Shown here: in pieces, positions 13,556 to 25,893 of the stretch
Position numbering within the stretch: the stretch's first letter is position 1
Layout of the letters: each line of letters starts with the position of its first letter
From: the human T2T-CHM13v2.0 reference genome, Homo sapiens
Direction: 5' to 3' (one strand)
Assembly (NCBI RefSeq): GCF_009914755.1
Contig: NC_060936.1
DNA length: 64,000 nucleotides
The notes under the pieces: model-generated
Told to the model about the DNA's origin: nothing
What the model saw: the letters and a program-made list of their open reading frames with translations, nothing else
Databases searched by the model: none
Made by a program: the position numbers and the translations under genes

Positions 13556-14324
13556 ATGTGCTGCTATTGTTTAAGGGGGCTTCAGAACTTGTAGCAGTGA
13601 GGGGGAAGGTGGGGAGGGCAGTCTTGGCTGATCAAGGCATCTTTCAGACCCTCTCCAAGCATATGCCTAAAGAGAATGACTTTCCCACTCCTTCAAAAAC
13701 AAACAAAAAGGCTGCTTGAACAGCAAATTCCCATTTTGGCAAAAGCCCCTGCTTCGACTCCAAAAGTTGAATTTAGTTTGTTAGGGTTTTGTTTTTGCTT
13801 TTGTTTCTAAATATGTATGCTATCTGTTGTATTCAGACTGGACTGAAGGCCTTTGTTACACTTTAGCTCAAATAAATTAGAGTTTTAATGTCTACTACAC
13901 TATAAACATTCTTTTAGACCTGTTCTCACCCAAAATCTCATACTGTGCTCCAAAAATATCACTCACTCCTGAACAGAGCTAATAAAGGTCTGGAACTTTA
14001 AAGTGTCTTGGTCTTAGAGAATAGATCTTAAAAATGAAGTATACTATTTATATTTCACATGTTCATGATCCAGTTTCCAAAATCCAGCTTCTTTTTAGTG
14101 GTTTGTTGTACATAGGAAAACATTCAATGTATTGTATAAACACCAAAATAAATGCAGTCATTACTGACAATTATGGACGGCATATGTGGTCTAATAAAGC
14201 AAAATAATGAATCTACACTGGGCAAGTTCTCTCCTGAGATTCTGGTGTGCCTTGTACTGAGGAGGTACAAGGTTGGAGGGGGCTGATATCAAGCTCCCTT
14301 TGCTGAGCTGTGAAACTCTTTCTA

Positions 14325-14664
<340 letters not shown>

Positions 14665-15999
14665 TCATTCTAGGCCTTTATAACATTAGCCTTGACAATG
14701 ATCATACCTAAGTTCCCAACTCACAAATATTATATTTCTTGATATCACAATGAGTTAGAATAAATGAGAGCCTGCCTGCAAGAATCAGTAAAAAGACACG
14801 TAAAGTTCAAAGCAATTGGCCGTAGCCAGGATCGTGATGCTGTTTGTGCCTTTTAACTAGATATGATCAAACTCACCCCCAATCCCTGATATGCTATATC
14901 TTTTGAACTACAGTAGCCCACTGTTGGGCAGATTAGAACATAAAGTAAAGAATCCGGTAGCTAACGGAGCTGGCAAGGAACTTGCGTATAGTGGAATGTA
15001 ATTATCCATTAAGGACAGGACTCAAGCCTTAATAAGAAAAAGGTATCATGCTATTTTGGAGGCCACAAATAGGTCGAGCTCTGCTTTGTATTTCATTCTT
15101 AAACATAAACTTTTAGCCAAAATTTGCCACTTAGAACAATGTCAGAGGAAGTTTCAGTGCACCAACTCAGAGAACGGAGGCGTATCCACTTGATCATCAG
15201 CTGTTCATTCCTGTGTTCTTTAGCAGAAGTACGAAAGCAAAAAAGGAAGTGTGCTTGCTTTTGAGAACTGATTTTTTCTCCTGTTCATCTGCGAATATTC
15301 TCTTACATCGCAGTTTGCATTTATTTTACAAGGGCTATATTGATCTTATACACAGAGATGACACCACTCCCCTCCAGGCTGGCCTGTCAATCAGTATACC
15401 ATCTCTTCACAGACAACATGCTCCAGATTTCTTTGCTAACATAGCCAGTGGTGTTTTGGTTTAGTTGTGCATTAAGCTATTGCTACTTTTTCATGAACAC
15501 TTAAACATCAGATCTAGAGAACAGGACAGTGGGCATGTATTACAGAAGCATTTGTGTAGAGGAGGTTGGTGGGGGATGGGTATGGGGAAAATGTTTGCAA
15601 GTCAGGTAAGAAAATACACGTTTTTCATTTTAAGCATATTTATTCTTAAAAATTCAGGTCTAAAATGCTACTTTTACAAAATGACCTTCAGTTCTGAGTG
15701 TACCCAGGCGAAAGAGCAGATAATAATAGGTACACTTCAGAGACATAAAAATTTCTCTCATCAATTTCAACTATGCACATCTACAGGATGATCCTAGAGA
15801 TATTCCCCCCATTTTAAAAATTGCTGAAGGATGTTCAGGCTATTGCAACTGTGTGTATCCCAGGCAACATAATAGATTATACCTCGACTCCTTAAAGAGC
15901 ACCCTGATAATATGCAAGGCTAAAATGTCAGAAGCTATTAGAAACTCTCAGATGCACAATATATCTCCATCCCTGAGTTTTCCCCTTACACTGCGAAAC

Positions 16000-16460
16000 A
16001 CCAGACAACAGGCATGCAAACTGCTCAGCTGCAACTGTTCCAAGTCGAATAATTACAACTTGTCAGAAAGAATTAATTTTCCCATTTCTCATAAAGATGT
16101 GTAAAAATTACCATGTTATTATACACTGACACTCTCTGGAGGCAGACACAAAATTTAATTTTGAATTCTTTCCGCATATTAAATTAAATCCATAAATAAG
16201 AGTTTAGGCATTCACTCGGAAGCATATGTTCATTGGGAGCGAAAGCCAACACGAGCCCGGCTGTAATGGCTGTTGTAATGTTTTAATAGCTCGCTTCTTC
16301 TAAGCACCAATAAATTTACATGATCATAACAGTCGTGGGCATACAAGAAGCCCATTACTGTCTGGGCACAGGCAGCAGCGTTAACAGGATGGAAAAATGG
16401 AAAAAGGAAAAAAACTCTTAAATAAAATTAGGCAACTGCACTTGTCAGCTGCTCCATGAT
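16000..16460. promoter_or_regulatory. Candidate developmental enhancer or conserved non-coding element
   Basis: Repeat-free, with 8 CpG in about 16170-16381, clustered TAAT cores, CCATAAA (16190), TAATGG (16264), CCAATAAA (16307) and TGTCAG motifs. Confidence 0.45.
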
Positions 16461-18483
16461 TGAATTTTTAATATTGTGGTCAATTGGTCAAAACAAATGA
16501 TGGGATAAAATATTTTAATGTATTTAGAACCTGTTTCTGTGGTTAGCCCACAAAAATAGTTTTTTGTTTGTTGGTTTTGCAAAGAACGGACCGCTTCAAT
16601 CTTGCTGTTTTGAACAATTTTATTTTTAAAGACACACACTGCAATTTTTAATCTCTTAGAGGACATTTGCTCTCTATATTCCCATATTTAAAAATTGGAG
16701 CATTTTAAATTCGGCTTAACGGGTGATTCTTTTTAGCCAATGGAGTCTCGCCTGAAGGAAACTGCTTGGGGTGTTAAGAAGTTAGCTCTAAAGCTAGGTA
16801 CTGGCAAGCCCTGTGGAGCACACCAGTGCATTACCTGCCTGCCCTCTGCCTGGATAAGATGATACTTTCCTTAGGATATACGAATGAATACGTGCACCGT
16901 CATCAGAATCCACACTGCAAAGGAAACACAGAGTCTTCAGACCATTACTGTGGTGGTACAGATTCCACTTATCAGGGTTTGTTTGTTTGTTTGTTTTTCC
17001 TAAATGAACAGATTATTTCTTTAAATTCTATGAGCAAATTCACCCTGGTTGCGAAAACAAAATAGGGAAATACCTATACCATATTTCACGCTACTTAAGT
17101 GTTTTTCAAACATAAAAAGTCCAAAGTAATGGATTAATAGTGTAGGTCAATGCTGACCGGTTGGCATTTCTGATCTCGATCATACATACACCGTCAAAGA
17201 TAGGAAGCTATGGGGGTAAGGGAGGGGTGGTGGTGTTAGTAGAGAATTAGAGAGGAAGTGATGTTCAGAAAAAAGGGATCTGTTGGAAGGATAAGTGAAT
17301 GGACCAAGGATTCTCCCTAAAGGCATGATGAGTGATGTGTTTTTATAGAAAGAATACAAATTAAGGGTGTAAATTTTTAGAAATTCATTTTTTGAAAAAT
17401 AACATGTGGATTTTATCATGTATACCATTATAAGTAAAGACTATGGTCATACAGGTATTGCTTATTTCTCTGATCTCTCTGAAGAAATTGATGCCAATGA
17501 AATATATTATAGCTTTATAGCTCAGTTTTGAATCCTGAGATGTTTTATACATATTCAGATTTACAAGGAAGTCAATGGTTTGAGTGTTCTCTGTTTAGGA
17601 ATAAGGATTAAACCCAATCACTTTCAAAACAAAGATAGAAAATTCTCCCCCCTCAACAAGAAAAGATGTTAGAATCTTTCTAACAACGTATGTATTTACT
17701 CCTAAACGGTCTATAATTAATTTTTACCGTTCAATAGAAAGTCAGAATAACTATTCTACTTTTCCAAAGCATCCATAGATATAACGACAAAAACTCTCTT
17801 AAAAACAACTGAAATTGCTCAATAAAAACTGAAGTTAGCTTCAGGTTTTCAATTAAATTTACAGAAAAATTGAACTAAAGAAATACCCTAACACTCCAAA
17901 TAGCACATAGCTATATTTCTATCAAGTTACACATATTTTAAAAGACAGTTTTTAAAAAATAACTAATCCTCAAATACTTCTAAGAAAAGGACAGAGCATA
18001 CGCAGTAGGTATTTCTGGGTCAGAAATAGAGAAGAACAAATATAAAACCATTAGAACATTCTCAGAAAAAAGACACACCTTCCCAAAACTTCACTAAATT
18101 ACTCTGAAACCTCTCTGCAAACCTCTCTTCATGGCTAAAAAACAAGGTATATATGGAATGTTTTTTTAAACATCCTTTTACATCTTTCTTCTCCTACATG
18201 ATTTAGTCCAGGTTGCTATTAAAATGGTTTACCAGGTGAAGCATATTTATATCCTAAGTGTTGCAAAGTGTTATTAAATGAAGGAAAAATCTGTCAGTAA
18301 GAAGTTTTAAGGGAAAAATGGCTACAGATTGTATTTAGGTAATGGAAGACAGTGGATATATTGACAGGAAGTTAGAAGGTTTTTCACAGTTCAATATGTA
18401 CATAGATTGATGAAAAGAACACAGGCCAATTAGCACTATTACTTGTAGTATGAAGAAAGATTTGGAATGGAAGAAGATACTAG

Positions 18484-19280
18484 TGTAATCCACCCCTTTT
18501 GCCTAGCAGGGTCTCTTGTTTTGTAAACGGCTGGAAGAATCCTTCAGGAGCCAAATGACGTTCTGCTCAGTTCAAGACGGACACTCACTGTCCCAATGGA
18601 CGGGTACCCTCTCTTGCACTAGTGGATCCTAATACACACAAATGAAAAGATTTCCCTCTCAAATGCTATAAATTGGTTTATTATTTATACAAGTACATCA
18701 ATGTGCCTTTATGCCCAAGGTTCTAGTAACAATGTAAACAGGTGGTAATGGCAATTTAGGTTAAGTTAATAGGGCCTGAAATGTGACCAAAGGCAGGTTG
18801 GCATAGTTTTTAAGGGGGTATGGAGAATGTAAATGCCCCATGTGTTGAATTAATCGCTGGCTGAATCATGTTTATATTCGGGTATGATGGTCTCTGTGAA
18901 TGGGAAGGAATCCTTAACTATAAGGTAAGGTAAGCCTTACAAAGTCTGCTTGAGGTTTCTCTGTACTAAAATATCCAGGATCAAATTATCCAGTTTTTAC
19001 TTTCTTATTTCCCCTTTTATGTTCCTTTTAAATGGAATTTTGGAAAACAGAAAATTTCTCCTTTTTCTGCTTTTTCCCACATTGTAAAAGGAACTACCAC
19101 CATCAACAGAGGTAGGTTTCCCCAGAAACAGAAACATCAAATCCACAACCAGGTGCTCACTAGTATGGGGTAGAGAGAAAAGAAACCAAGGAGATTGGGG
19201 GTAAGCAGCACTCCCGCTTCTCCTCAACTTTCCCCATTCTATTTCTTGAGATTGGCCTTAAATTGGAGATAAGTGTAACA
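18484..19280 (-). mobile_element. Possible old solo LTR
   Basis: Bounded by TG...CA, with a minus-strand AATAAA at 18677-18682 and a TATA-like run about 130 nt upstream of it. No TSD is visible. Confidence 0.3.
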
Positions 19281-20778
19281 ATGAACACCCAAGGCATGGG
19301 AGGGAGACTTAGGGATTGTTTTCAACACCATGAAGGAAAGTGTATACTTCAAAGAGACACAAAATTCGGATTCTGGTACATTTGTTCTAGACTACACCCA
19401 AAGTTGTATTGATGGTTGTGTATAGAAACATGGTCTAGTTCCTGTTTCTTCTCTATAATGCGCAATTTGTGGGGTGGACATTTTATAAAGATACTTTACT
19501 TTTTACGTAAAGCACAAACTATTGGGGCAAGATGGAGTAACAGGGACTGGATTTACTGTTTTGCCTGAAATAACGTCTAAACAATGGACCTAATATATGT
19601 AACAATGCTTTGCAAATATTGAACATCAGGCAACAGAGAACACTTATCCCCAAGAACCAGAATACAAATGAGAGGAGCCCTTTGATTGGCCCAGCTGACT
19701 GTCTTGAGAGTTTCCAGACTGTGGCTTAGGGAAAGGGAGCTCAGGTGGAGCTGGTAAACGCCACCTTAGTGAAGAAAGAGCTGAATCCCGGAAGACAGAG
19801 GCAGCTAGAGTTCATAAGGCCAGCTACTAGATAAGACAAACCTGCATAGAGAACTTGGGAGATGCGTAGAGGGCCCTCCTTAAGTATTTAGCAGGATACC
19901 GGTCAGCACGTGTGCGAGGAAACTGCCCAAGGCAGGGAAAAGAGCCACTCAAGAGGATTAGAGGAAACAGTAACTGGGGTTTACACAGGCTAGGAATAAA
20001 GCCTATTCTGACCAGCTATGCTGGAAAAACAAACAATTCACAGAACTATGTTAGAGAATTCAAAAGTGTCTCACTTTAGTAGGAGAAAATAATTAGCTCT
20101 GGAATAAATGCTATTAATACTTTGGTCCTACCTAACAAATAATAAAAGTAAGACCCAAAGGGATTGATCTGCTTCCAAGACACGTCACTGAGTCCAGGAA
20201 CAAAGCTCAAGAATATTTATAGGAGTACAAAAATATCTAGCATCCAATGAGGTAAACTTCACCAAATCTGGTATCCAATTAAAAAAAATATTACCAGCTT
20301 TGTGAATAAGCAGGAAAATAAGACCTACAATTAGAAGAAAAATTAATCTCTCAAAACTAACCCAGAAATGACACAGATGTTAGAATTCACAGAATATAAC
20401 AGCTGTCTAACCATATTCTACATGTTTAAAAACTTAAGGAAAAGATGGAAAATATTAAATAAAAGCATGGAAAATTTAAAGACCCAAATCTAACTTCTAG
20501 ATATGGAAACCACAAGGTTCCCAAGGACAAAAAGAGCAATACTTAAACTCAGAAATGCACTGGATGGGATTTATAACATAATAACAGGTAAGACACTAGA
20601 GGGAAAAAAAGATTAGTGAAACTGTAGATACAGAAATAGACACAATCTTAAGTAAAACATAAAGAGAAAAATGACTCAAAAAAATGAACAGAATCAGTGA
20701 GTTGTGGGACACTCTACTCTGGGAACTGTGCATTCTTACATGTGTGCAGACAGAACGACAGGTAATAAGAGAATGGAT

Positions 20779-20882
20779 GGAGAAGAAAAGAAGAAGAAAG
20801 AAAGAGGAGGAGGAAGAGGAGGAGGAAAGAAGAAGGAGGAGAAGGAGGAGGAGGAGGAAAGGAGGAGGAGGAGGAGGAGAAA
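20779..20882 (+). repeat. Homopurine (GAG/GAA)n tract
   Basis: 104 consecutive purines followed by a short (AAT)n, inside the L1 ORF1 remnant. Confidence 0.95.
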
Positions 20883-21497
20883 TAATAATAATGACTATAT
20901 TGCTAAACAATTTTCCAAGTTTCATACATCCACAGATAAAAGAAAGTTCTTAAAAAGACAAGACCCCAAGCACATAAAATGAAGAAAATTATAGCAAGTC
21001 ACCTCAAAATCAAATTGTACAACTTGTGATAAAGAGAAAAATCCCACAAGCAGCCAGAAAAAAAAAAAGATATCATTACAAAGAGACAAACAGAGCATGA
21101 CAGCAGATTTCTCATCAGAAACAATGCAAGCAAGCAGTGAGTGGAGCAAAATCTTGAAAGTTCTGAAGAAAAATAACTGACAACCTTGGAAAAGTTAGAT
21201 ATAAAATACAAAATGCAAATACAAAAGCTGAATGATTTTAACACCAGCAGATCCATCACACAAGAAATTTGAAAGGAAGTCCTTTAAGCAGAAGATAATA
21301 ACATACCAAATGAAAATAGGGATCTGCAAAATGGAATGAGAAACACCAGAAATGGTAACCACATGGATGTTATAAGCTTTTCTAATTTATTTAAACCTAC
21401 CTAAAAGATAATTTACTGTTTAAGCAATAAAAAATTATGTAGCGCTGCATTTACAACATACATAAAAACAAATTATATAATTAAAATAGCACAGAAA

Positions 21498-21818
21498 AGC
21501 CAAGTACAGCAGCTCACATCTCTAAACCCAGCAGTTTGGGAGGCCAAGGCAGGAGGATCGCTTGACACCAGGAGTTTGAGATCAGACTCAAACTTGGTGT
21601 GGTGCTGGGCACCACAGCAAGACCCCATCTTTATGAAAAATGGTTTTAGAAATTTAGCCAGCCTTGGAAGCGCACACCTGCAGTCTCAGCTACTTGGGAG
21701 GCTGAGGCAGGAGGATTGCTCGGGCCCAGGAGTTCAAGGCTGCAGTGAGCTATGGTCCTGCCACTGCAATCCAGCTTGGGTAAAAGAGCAAGACCCTGTC
21801 TCAAAAAAAAGAAAAAAA
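21498..21818 (+). mobile_element. AluJ (Jo-like) nested in L1
   Basis: Dimer with ggaggattgct...ggagttcaaggctgcagtgagctatg, TSD AAAATAGCACA on both sides, and about 19 extra nt in the left arm. Confidence 0.92.
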
Positions 21819-21892
21819 TAGCACAAAGGCTACAAGGGGAAAAATGGAAATATACTATTTGAAAGTTCTCATAATATATGGGAAATGGTATC

Positions 21893-22101
21893 ATATCTCT
21901 ACAAAAAAACTACAAAAAATTAGCCAGACATGGTGTGCACCTGTAGTCCAAGCTGCTTGGGAGGTGGAGATGGGAGAATCACCTGAGCCTGGGAAGGTCA
22001 AGGCTGCAGTAAGCCACAATCACAGCCATTGCACTCCACCCTGTGAAACAGAGTGAGACCCTGTCTCAAAAAAAAGATTAACAAAAATAAAGAAATAAAA
22101 A
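21893..22101 (+). mobile_element. 5'-truncated AluJ (linker plus right arm)
   Basis: tctctacaaaaaaactacaaaaaattagcc...gaaggtcaaggctgcagt...gagaccctgtctc followed by an A tail. Confidence 0.9.
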
Positions 22102-22475
22102 GGGAGGAATATGATAATCTGAAGATGTATCGACTATAAATCCTAAAGCAATGCTATGACAACAAACAAGTAGTTCTAGCTTATACCTCAAAGAAGAAAT
22201 AAAATGTAATTATAAAAAAATTAAATTAATTTTTAAGAGGCAAGTAATAAGCAAAAAACAAATGGGACAAATAGAAAACAAATGCAACATGGTAGATTTA
22301 AATCCAACCATGACAATAACAACATTAAATGTTAATGGTCTAAATTACCCAGTTAATAAACAGAATGAATTTTTTAAAAAGATCTAACTACGTGCACTTG
22401 ACAGAAACTCTAGTTTAAATATAAGGATATAAAGGGTTAAAAGAAAATGGATTAAAAAAGATATAACACAATAAC

Positions 22476-22779
22476 TTTTTTTTTCTTTGAGATAGGATCT
22501 CACTCTATTGCCCGGGCTGAAGTGCAGTGGAGCAATCTCGGCTCACTGCAGCCTCAACCTCCCAGGCTCAAGAAATCCTCCTGCCTGATCCTCCCAAGTA
22601 GCTGAGACTACAAGTATGTGCATCATACATGGCTGATTTTTTATCTTTTTTGTATTCTTTTGTAGAGGCAGGGTTTCACTACGTTGCCCAGGCTGGTCTT
22701 GACCTCCTGAGTGCAAGCAATCTGCCTCCCTCAGCCTCACAATGTGTGGAACTACAGGTGCAAGCCACCACATGTGGCC
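22476..22779 (-). mobile_element. AluJ nested in L1 ORF2
   Basis: Poly-T, then ctcactgcagcctcaacctcccaggctcaag, ending in ggcc. Confidence 0.93.
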
Positions 22780-25188
22780 AATACCATTAATTTTAAAAAG
22801 CTGAAGTGGGTATATTAATAGCAGGCAAAGTAATTTTCCAAAGAAAGAATATAACCAAGAATTAAGAAGGTTGTTTCATAATAATGAAGAGGTCAATTTA
22901 TCAAGAGGACATAGCAAGCTTAAACATCTATGAATGAGATAACAGAGGTGCAAAATACATGAAGCAAAAACTGATAGAACCACAAGAAGAAAAATAGAAA
23001 AATCCACAATTATAGTCACAGATTTCAATATCCATTGCTCAATAATTGATAGAATAAGTAAACAGAAAATCACCAAGGATACAAAAATTTGAAGATTATT
23101 GACCATTTTGAACTAACTGGCATTGGTAGAACGTTCTACCCAACAGTAGCAGCATATATTTTTTTTCTCAGTCTGCATGGAATATTTACAGAGTCCATAT
23201 TTAGTCCATAAAACAAGTCTCAATAAATTTTAAATGATTCGAATCCTACATAGTATGTTCCCTAACTATCATAAAAATAAATTAGAAATTAATGACAGTA
23301 TAATATCAGGAACATCCTCAAATATTTGGAAACTAAATGTCATACTTCTAAATACCCCAAGGGTCAAAGACAAACTCAAAAGGCAAATTAGAAAGTATCT
23401 GAACTAAGTGAAAATTAAAATATAGCATGTCAATAGATGTGAGATCCTGCTAAAACAATAATGAGGGAATAACTAGTACTTTCAATGTCTATACTATTTT
23501 TTTAAAAATGTCTCAAACCCATGACCTCCGTTTCCACTGTAAGAAATTAAAGAGAGCAAACAAAAGACAATGTTAGCAGAAGAAACAAAGAAAAGTAAAT
23601 TCAATGAAACAAAAAATTAAAAAATCAATAGAGAAAATTAATTAAACTAAGATCTGATTCTTTGAGAAGATTAATAAAATTGATGAATCGCTAGCCAGGC
23701 TGGTCAGGAGGAAAAAAAAAAAAAAAGGAGAGAAGATACAAATTACCAATATTAGGAATGAAAGTAGGAACATCACTAGGAATTCTGCAGATGTTAAAAT
23801 TTTAATAAGATAATATTATGATTAACTTTATATCAACACATTTGACAACTTACACAAAATGAACATATTCATTAAAAGATACAAACTATCAATGCTCAAT
23901 TAAGAATAAATAGATAACACAAATAGCTTCATGTCTATTTTTTAAATGGGATGATAGTAAAAAACCTTTCCACAAAGAAAAATTTAAACACAGATTGCTT
24001 CACTGGGAAATTCTGCTAATCACTTAAGAAAGAAAAAAGTAACAATTTCTACACAAATTCTTTCACAAAGGTGAAAAGGAGGAAATGCTTCTCAAGTCAT
24101 TTTATGAGGCCAGTATACCTTGATACCAAACCAAATAAACATTTTACAAGAAAAATGCTGACCAATGACTCATGAACATAGATGCAAATATGCTTAACAA
24201 AATGTTAAGAAATCAAATTCAAGTGGAATTTATACCAGGAATGCAAGGTTGTTTTAAAATTTGAAAATTGGCTCATGTAATTATATTACCAAACTACAAA
24301 GAAAAACTATGGAAGCATATCAACAAATATAGAAAACACAAAGTCCAATATCCATTCTTCATAAAAATTTTCAGTGTACTAGGTATAGGAAGCAATATTC
24401 TCACCACGATGAAGAACACCTACAAAAAACTTACAGGTAGCACACTACTTAAATGTGAAAGAATGAACACTACCTCTTAAGATCAGGAACAAGACAAGAT
24501 GTCCACTTTCACAATTTCTGCAGTGGAGGTTGTATGGGAGTGCAATAAAGCAAGAATAAGCACTAAAAGGCAACTATACGTGAAAGCAGTAAGTAAAACT
24601 GTCTTTGGTCACAGACAACATAATTGTCTACCCAGAAAATCTGACTGAATTTACAATAAAGCTACTAGAGCTAATGAGTTTAGAGGGCTGCAGAATGTAA
24701 GATCAATAAACAACAATTAGCTATATTCTATATATCAACAAGGAAAATTCAGAAATTAAAATTTAAAATACATTTACAATAGTATCAATTTTTAAAAAAC
24801 CTAAGGATTAATCTAAAAAATGTATAAGACCTACATATTGAATGTTACAAATTATTACTGAAAGAAATTAAAGAAGGTCTACATAAATGGAGATATTTAC
24901 TTCATTGGTCAGAGGGCTTGATATTGTCAAGATGTCAGTTCTCTCCAAATCATTCCATAGATTATGAACAATGATTCCAACATGATCCCAATAAAAACTC
25001 CTAGAGTTTTTGGGTAGAAACTGACAAATTCATTCTAAAATTTATATAAAATGCAAAAGCCCTGGAGTAGCCATAAAGATTTTGAGAAGAAAATACAAAG
25101 TGTGGTGCACCAACCAGATTTGATTTCAAGACTCATTATGACACTATGATAATAATGAAAGTGTAAGTGGCATAAAAAGGGACAAACA

Positions 25189-25494
25189 GGCCAGGCATGG
25201 CGGCTCACGCCTGTAATCCCAGCACTTTGGGAGGTCGAGGTGGGCAGATCACAAGGTCAGGAGTTCAATACCAGCCTGAACAACATGGTGAAACCCCGTC
25301 TCTATTAAAAATACAAAAATTAGCTGGGTGTGGTGATGTGCACCTGTAATCCCAGCTACTCAGGAAGCTGAGGCAGGAGAATCACTTGAACCCAGGAGGC
25401 GGAGGTTGAAGTGAGCTGAGATTGTACCACTGCACTCCAGCCTAGGCTCCATGTCAAAAAAAAAAAAAAAAAAAAAAAGAGAGAGAGAGAGAGA
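25189..25494 (+). mobile_element. AluS (Sg-like) with A tail and (GA)n
   Basis: ggccaggcatggcggctcacgcc...gatcacaaggtcagg, with a small deletion near the 3' end and TSD gacaaaca. Confidence 0.95.
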
Positions 25495-25541
25495 CAAACA
25501 GATCAATAGAACAGAATAGACTTTAGAAACAAACTCACAGG

Positions 25542-25660
25542 GGCTGGGTGTGGTGTCTCACACCCTTAATCCCAGCGACTCAGGAGGCCAAGATGGGAGG
25601 ATCACTTGAGGACAAGAGTTTGAGACCAGCCTGGAAAACATAGTGAGACCCCCATCTCTA

Positions 25661-25693
<33 letters not shown>

Positions 25694-25893
25694 AGAAAGA
25701 AAGAAAAGAAAAGAATTGGCTGGATATAGTGGCCCATACATATAGTCCCAGCTACTTGGAAGGCTGAGGCAGGAGGATCTCTTCAGCCCAGGAGTTTGAG
25801 TTTATAGTAAGCTATGATCACACCATTGCACCACAGCCTGGGTGACAGAGGGAGAGGGAGACTGTCTCTAAAAATAAACATAAAAATAAAAAA
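25542..25893 (+). mobile_element. AluJ (Jo-like) with expanded middle A-rich linker
   Basis: Two J-type arms separated by a long poly-A plus GA-rich run (about 25663-25715). Confidence 0.9.

Noticed and set aside
17211-17235. G-rich runs here and near 13600, 15560 and 50643
   Set aside because: Each has only three tracts of three or more G, so none is a canonical G4 motif.
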